From the NCBI GenBank assembly GCA_032718475.1, contig JAUCBJ010006446.1:1-36623 (forward strand): 36,623 bases of DNA. The letters run 5' to 3'. The number at the start of each line of letters is the position of its first letter. The first letter of the stretch is position 1. The DNA comes from Nemertoderma westbladi. Its lineage: Eukaryota > Animalia > Xenacoelomorpha. Of the stretch, positions 34,118 to 36,623 are shown piece by piece. The notes beneath the pieces were generated by a model. The model saw only the letters and a list, made by a program, of their open reading frames with translations. It was not told the DNA's origin and did no database searches. Made by a program: the position numbers and the translations under genes.

Positions 34118-36623
34118 TCGCGGAGTGCGGAGTCGGTACAACGCAATCAACCCACCCCGGTGACGATTCCGGGAGAACTTAATACTAGAACGGAAGTTTC
34201 GAACGGAAGTCACAGTCCTTGATAGACACAGATATTAAAAGGAGTTATTTTTTGTTACATTTAACGAACTTATGTTAATAAACTATCGAGATTATTAATC
34301 TACGCGCGTCCTATTACGTTCTAGTCGGTCACTTACGGCGCGATAAACTCTAGGTTTCGTTCTTGTCCTTTTAATTAAACTTGCAGTTGTTGGTTCTTGT
34401 TTGGTTGGCGAAGGTTGTGAATTGTTATTTTCGTTTAGTTGATTAATTTTTATTCACAATATAAATATATACATGCCGTATTCCGCTTCTTCTTCCACGT
34501 ACGCGGGATGGTATAATAGTGGGAAAATATCGAGGAGGTGGTTATAAAGTATGTCACTCGGGTTTTGCATCTCCCCACTAAGGTAGTAGAAAAATATATC
34601 TTATGAAACTCACTAAACTTAATTTTATTTAAGTTTTTTTATTTTTTCAAACACAATCACCAATATTATTCAGAAGTTTAAAAACATCATAGCTTTCTCT
34701 TAATTTAGTAACCTGTTTAATATGTTTAGTAACCCGATAAAGTAAGGCAGGTCCGTCCTCAGCTCTGATTCAGGCAAAATTCACTAACTACCAGTTAACC
34801 ATATGAAGGTACTTTAGTATTTAAAAAAAAAAAAATTTTTTAGAAAAAAAAATAATTTGAATTTTATTCAATAAATCATTAATTTAAATCGTGATTTAAT
34901 TCTTGTATTTAAATCCTTCTGATTAATATAAAATAACAATACTTATCAAAAAGTGTCGTGATATCAATATTAGACTCTAACCATCCCAACCTCTTAAAAC
35001 GAAAATTGTAAAGGTATAACTAAATGGCGGAATTGTATTATCTTCTACAGAAATTAATTCAGTTTCATCCATGGACGGTTTAAGGTATTATTGATTGTTG
35101 GATGTGATAACAGATAGGAGACGCTACTGGCGGTAGGCGTTAATTAATAAGGTGGTTCTCGTGAGATAGTGTAGTTAGTGTAGGAGAGGGAGGAGATAGG
35201 CGTTAGTGTGTGCAGCTAATTAGTTGGATATATTAGGTCCCGTTGAATTTTCTTGGTATATCTTATCAATATACGCACAGGTATGTATTTTTCACATATG
35301 GGTACGAATGCTGACTTAATTCCCTATCCACATGCTGGCTGGCATATAATATGTGAAACAGACATCGCGTTTGTGACTGTAATTGTATGTTTTTAAGATA
35401 GCGGTAGACCTATAAGTAATGTTCACTTTTAAGTTATCTTTGCTATCAAAAGAACGCCTCTGCTTTCATTCCCACCCGTACCACTAACTGCCAGCTCACG
35501 GGTACAGGTCTACTGGTTGTAGTAAAACTACCGGCAATATGAAACTGTGAGAAAAATTAATTTAATTAAAAAAAAAACAAGCAGAAAATAAGGCATTAGG
35601 ATATTCTCACTAGAAAAGCCAGCAATCTGGCTATATAAAGACTGTCCATAGACCAACGTAGTGTAGTTGGGTCCCTCCCCATTGAACAGCTTTGCTTACA
35701 GTCTGAGAGAAAGTAATCCCAGCCCCTAAATGTCATTATTAACAATTAATTTTTTAACCTATAAAATATTTGAACGGCCCAGTATTGCTTAAAATTAAAT
35801 CAGCTGACCTCTCACCTAACATAGCAGTGAGTAACCTTTTAGATATTCCAATAGGATTCACTGGCTATTCAGCTAATGAGGTAATACATTACAAACTAAC
35901 AATTGATGTTTGCTTACTTGTCTGGGTTGGAGTGAGAGAGTAATATTAAACTTGGCAAGTAATATACTTTATCTGCAGTTTGGGCCTATCCTATTAATAG
36001 TACAGTAGTAGCATTACTAGGCCCTCATGTGTACCGGCTGGTGTTTCTATCATTGAGACTATGGCAATTTTCGTATATGGGGCTATTTTTCGAAATATAA
36101 AAAGTCACTTTAATCATTTTTTTCGAAACTTTATTTTACACATCCTGGGGTTGAGCTGCGTCGATTGAAATAACTTTCATTGACGGACGAACTATATATG
36201 CACATACATAGATATATAGTACAGTAAGAAGTCCTAATGGTCTTCCACTTAGTACCCGTATTTAAAATTTTCGTATTTGTTTTGTTTCGGGGTAACTGGG
36301 CAAAAAATTCTAGATAAATTATGTTTAAAGTTACAATAAATTATAACGGGTTCTTAATATGTGTACGAAGTGATTGCCGGGAAAAGAGTAGCCGACACTC
36401 ACTCGCTTCGCGTCGGTGACCCTCCGAATACCACAAACCGCTTAGCGCACAAACATGTTGGACGTCTACATATTACAACGACAAAGGAGTAATTAATAAA
36501 CTTTCTAATGGACAAAATCCCATTTACCGAAGTTTACGAAATCGCTCTGACATAGAACTCTCCGTACGTTAGCTTTCATGTTCATGTTACATGCAAGCAA
36601 AGCGAGAGAGGTGGAATAATCAA

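Noticed and set aside
34500-36623. Possible further gene or elements at the window end
   Set aside because: There are no ORFs or interpretable repeat termini. It is probably intergenic DNA with old repeat debris.

Overview
This is AT-rich, repeat-dense eukaryotic DNA, most likely from an invertebrate metazoan. It holds two recognisable + strand genes, each with only one coding intron. The first is an ABCB9/TAPL-like ABC half-transporter (1461-2456 + 10175-11620). Its 7.7-kb intron is non-canonical (GC-AG) and is filled with a palindromic 30/31-bp satellite, into which a young 5'-truncated RTE-type LINE has inserted with a 13-bp TSD. The second is the DECD-box helicase UAP56/DDX39B (32510-33178 + 33503-34117). 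Between them lie an intronless Q-rich orphan ORF (23198-24691), several Helentron/HINE-like elements, a nested cluster of three TSD-bounded TIR elements (MULE-like, a GGG-ended MITE and a P/Galileo-like foldback), a tRNA-derived SINE and decayed L2/CR1 LINEs. The most striking unexplained signal is a 315-bp tandem array inside a HINE-like element: every unit carries co-oriented matches to the bipartite (upstream + core) CTCF motif. All calls were made by eye; no database search was run.
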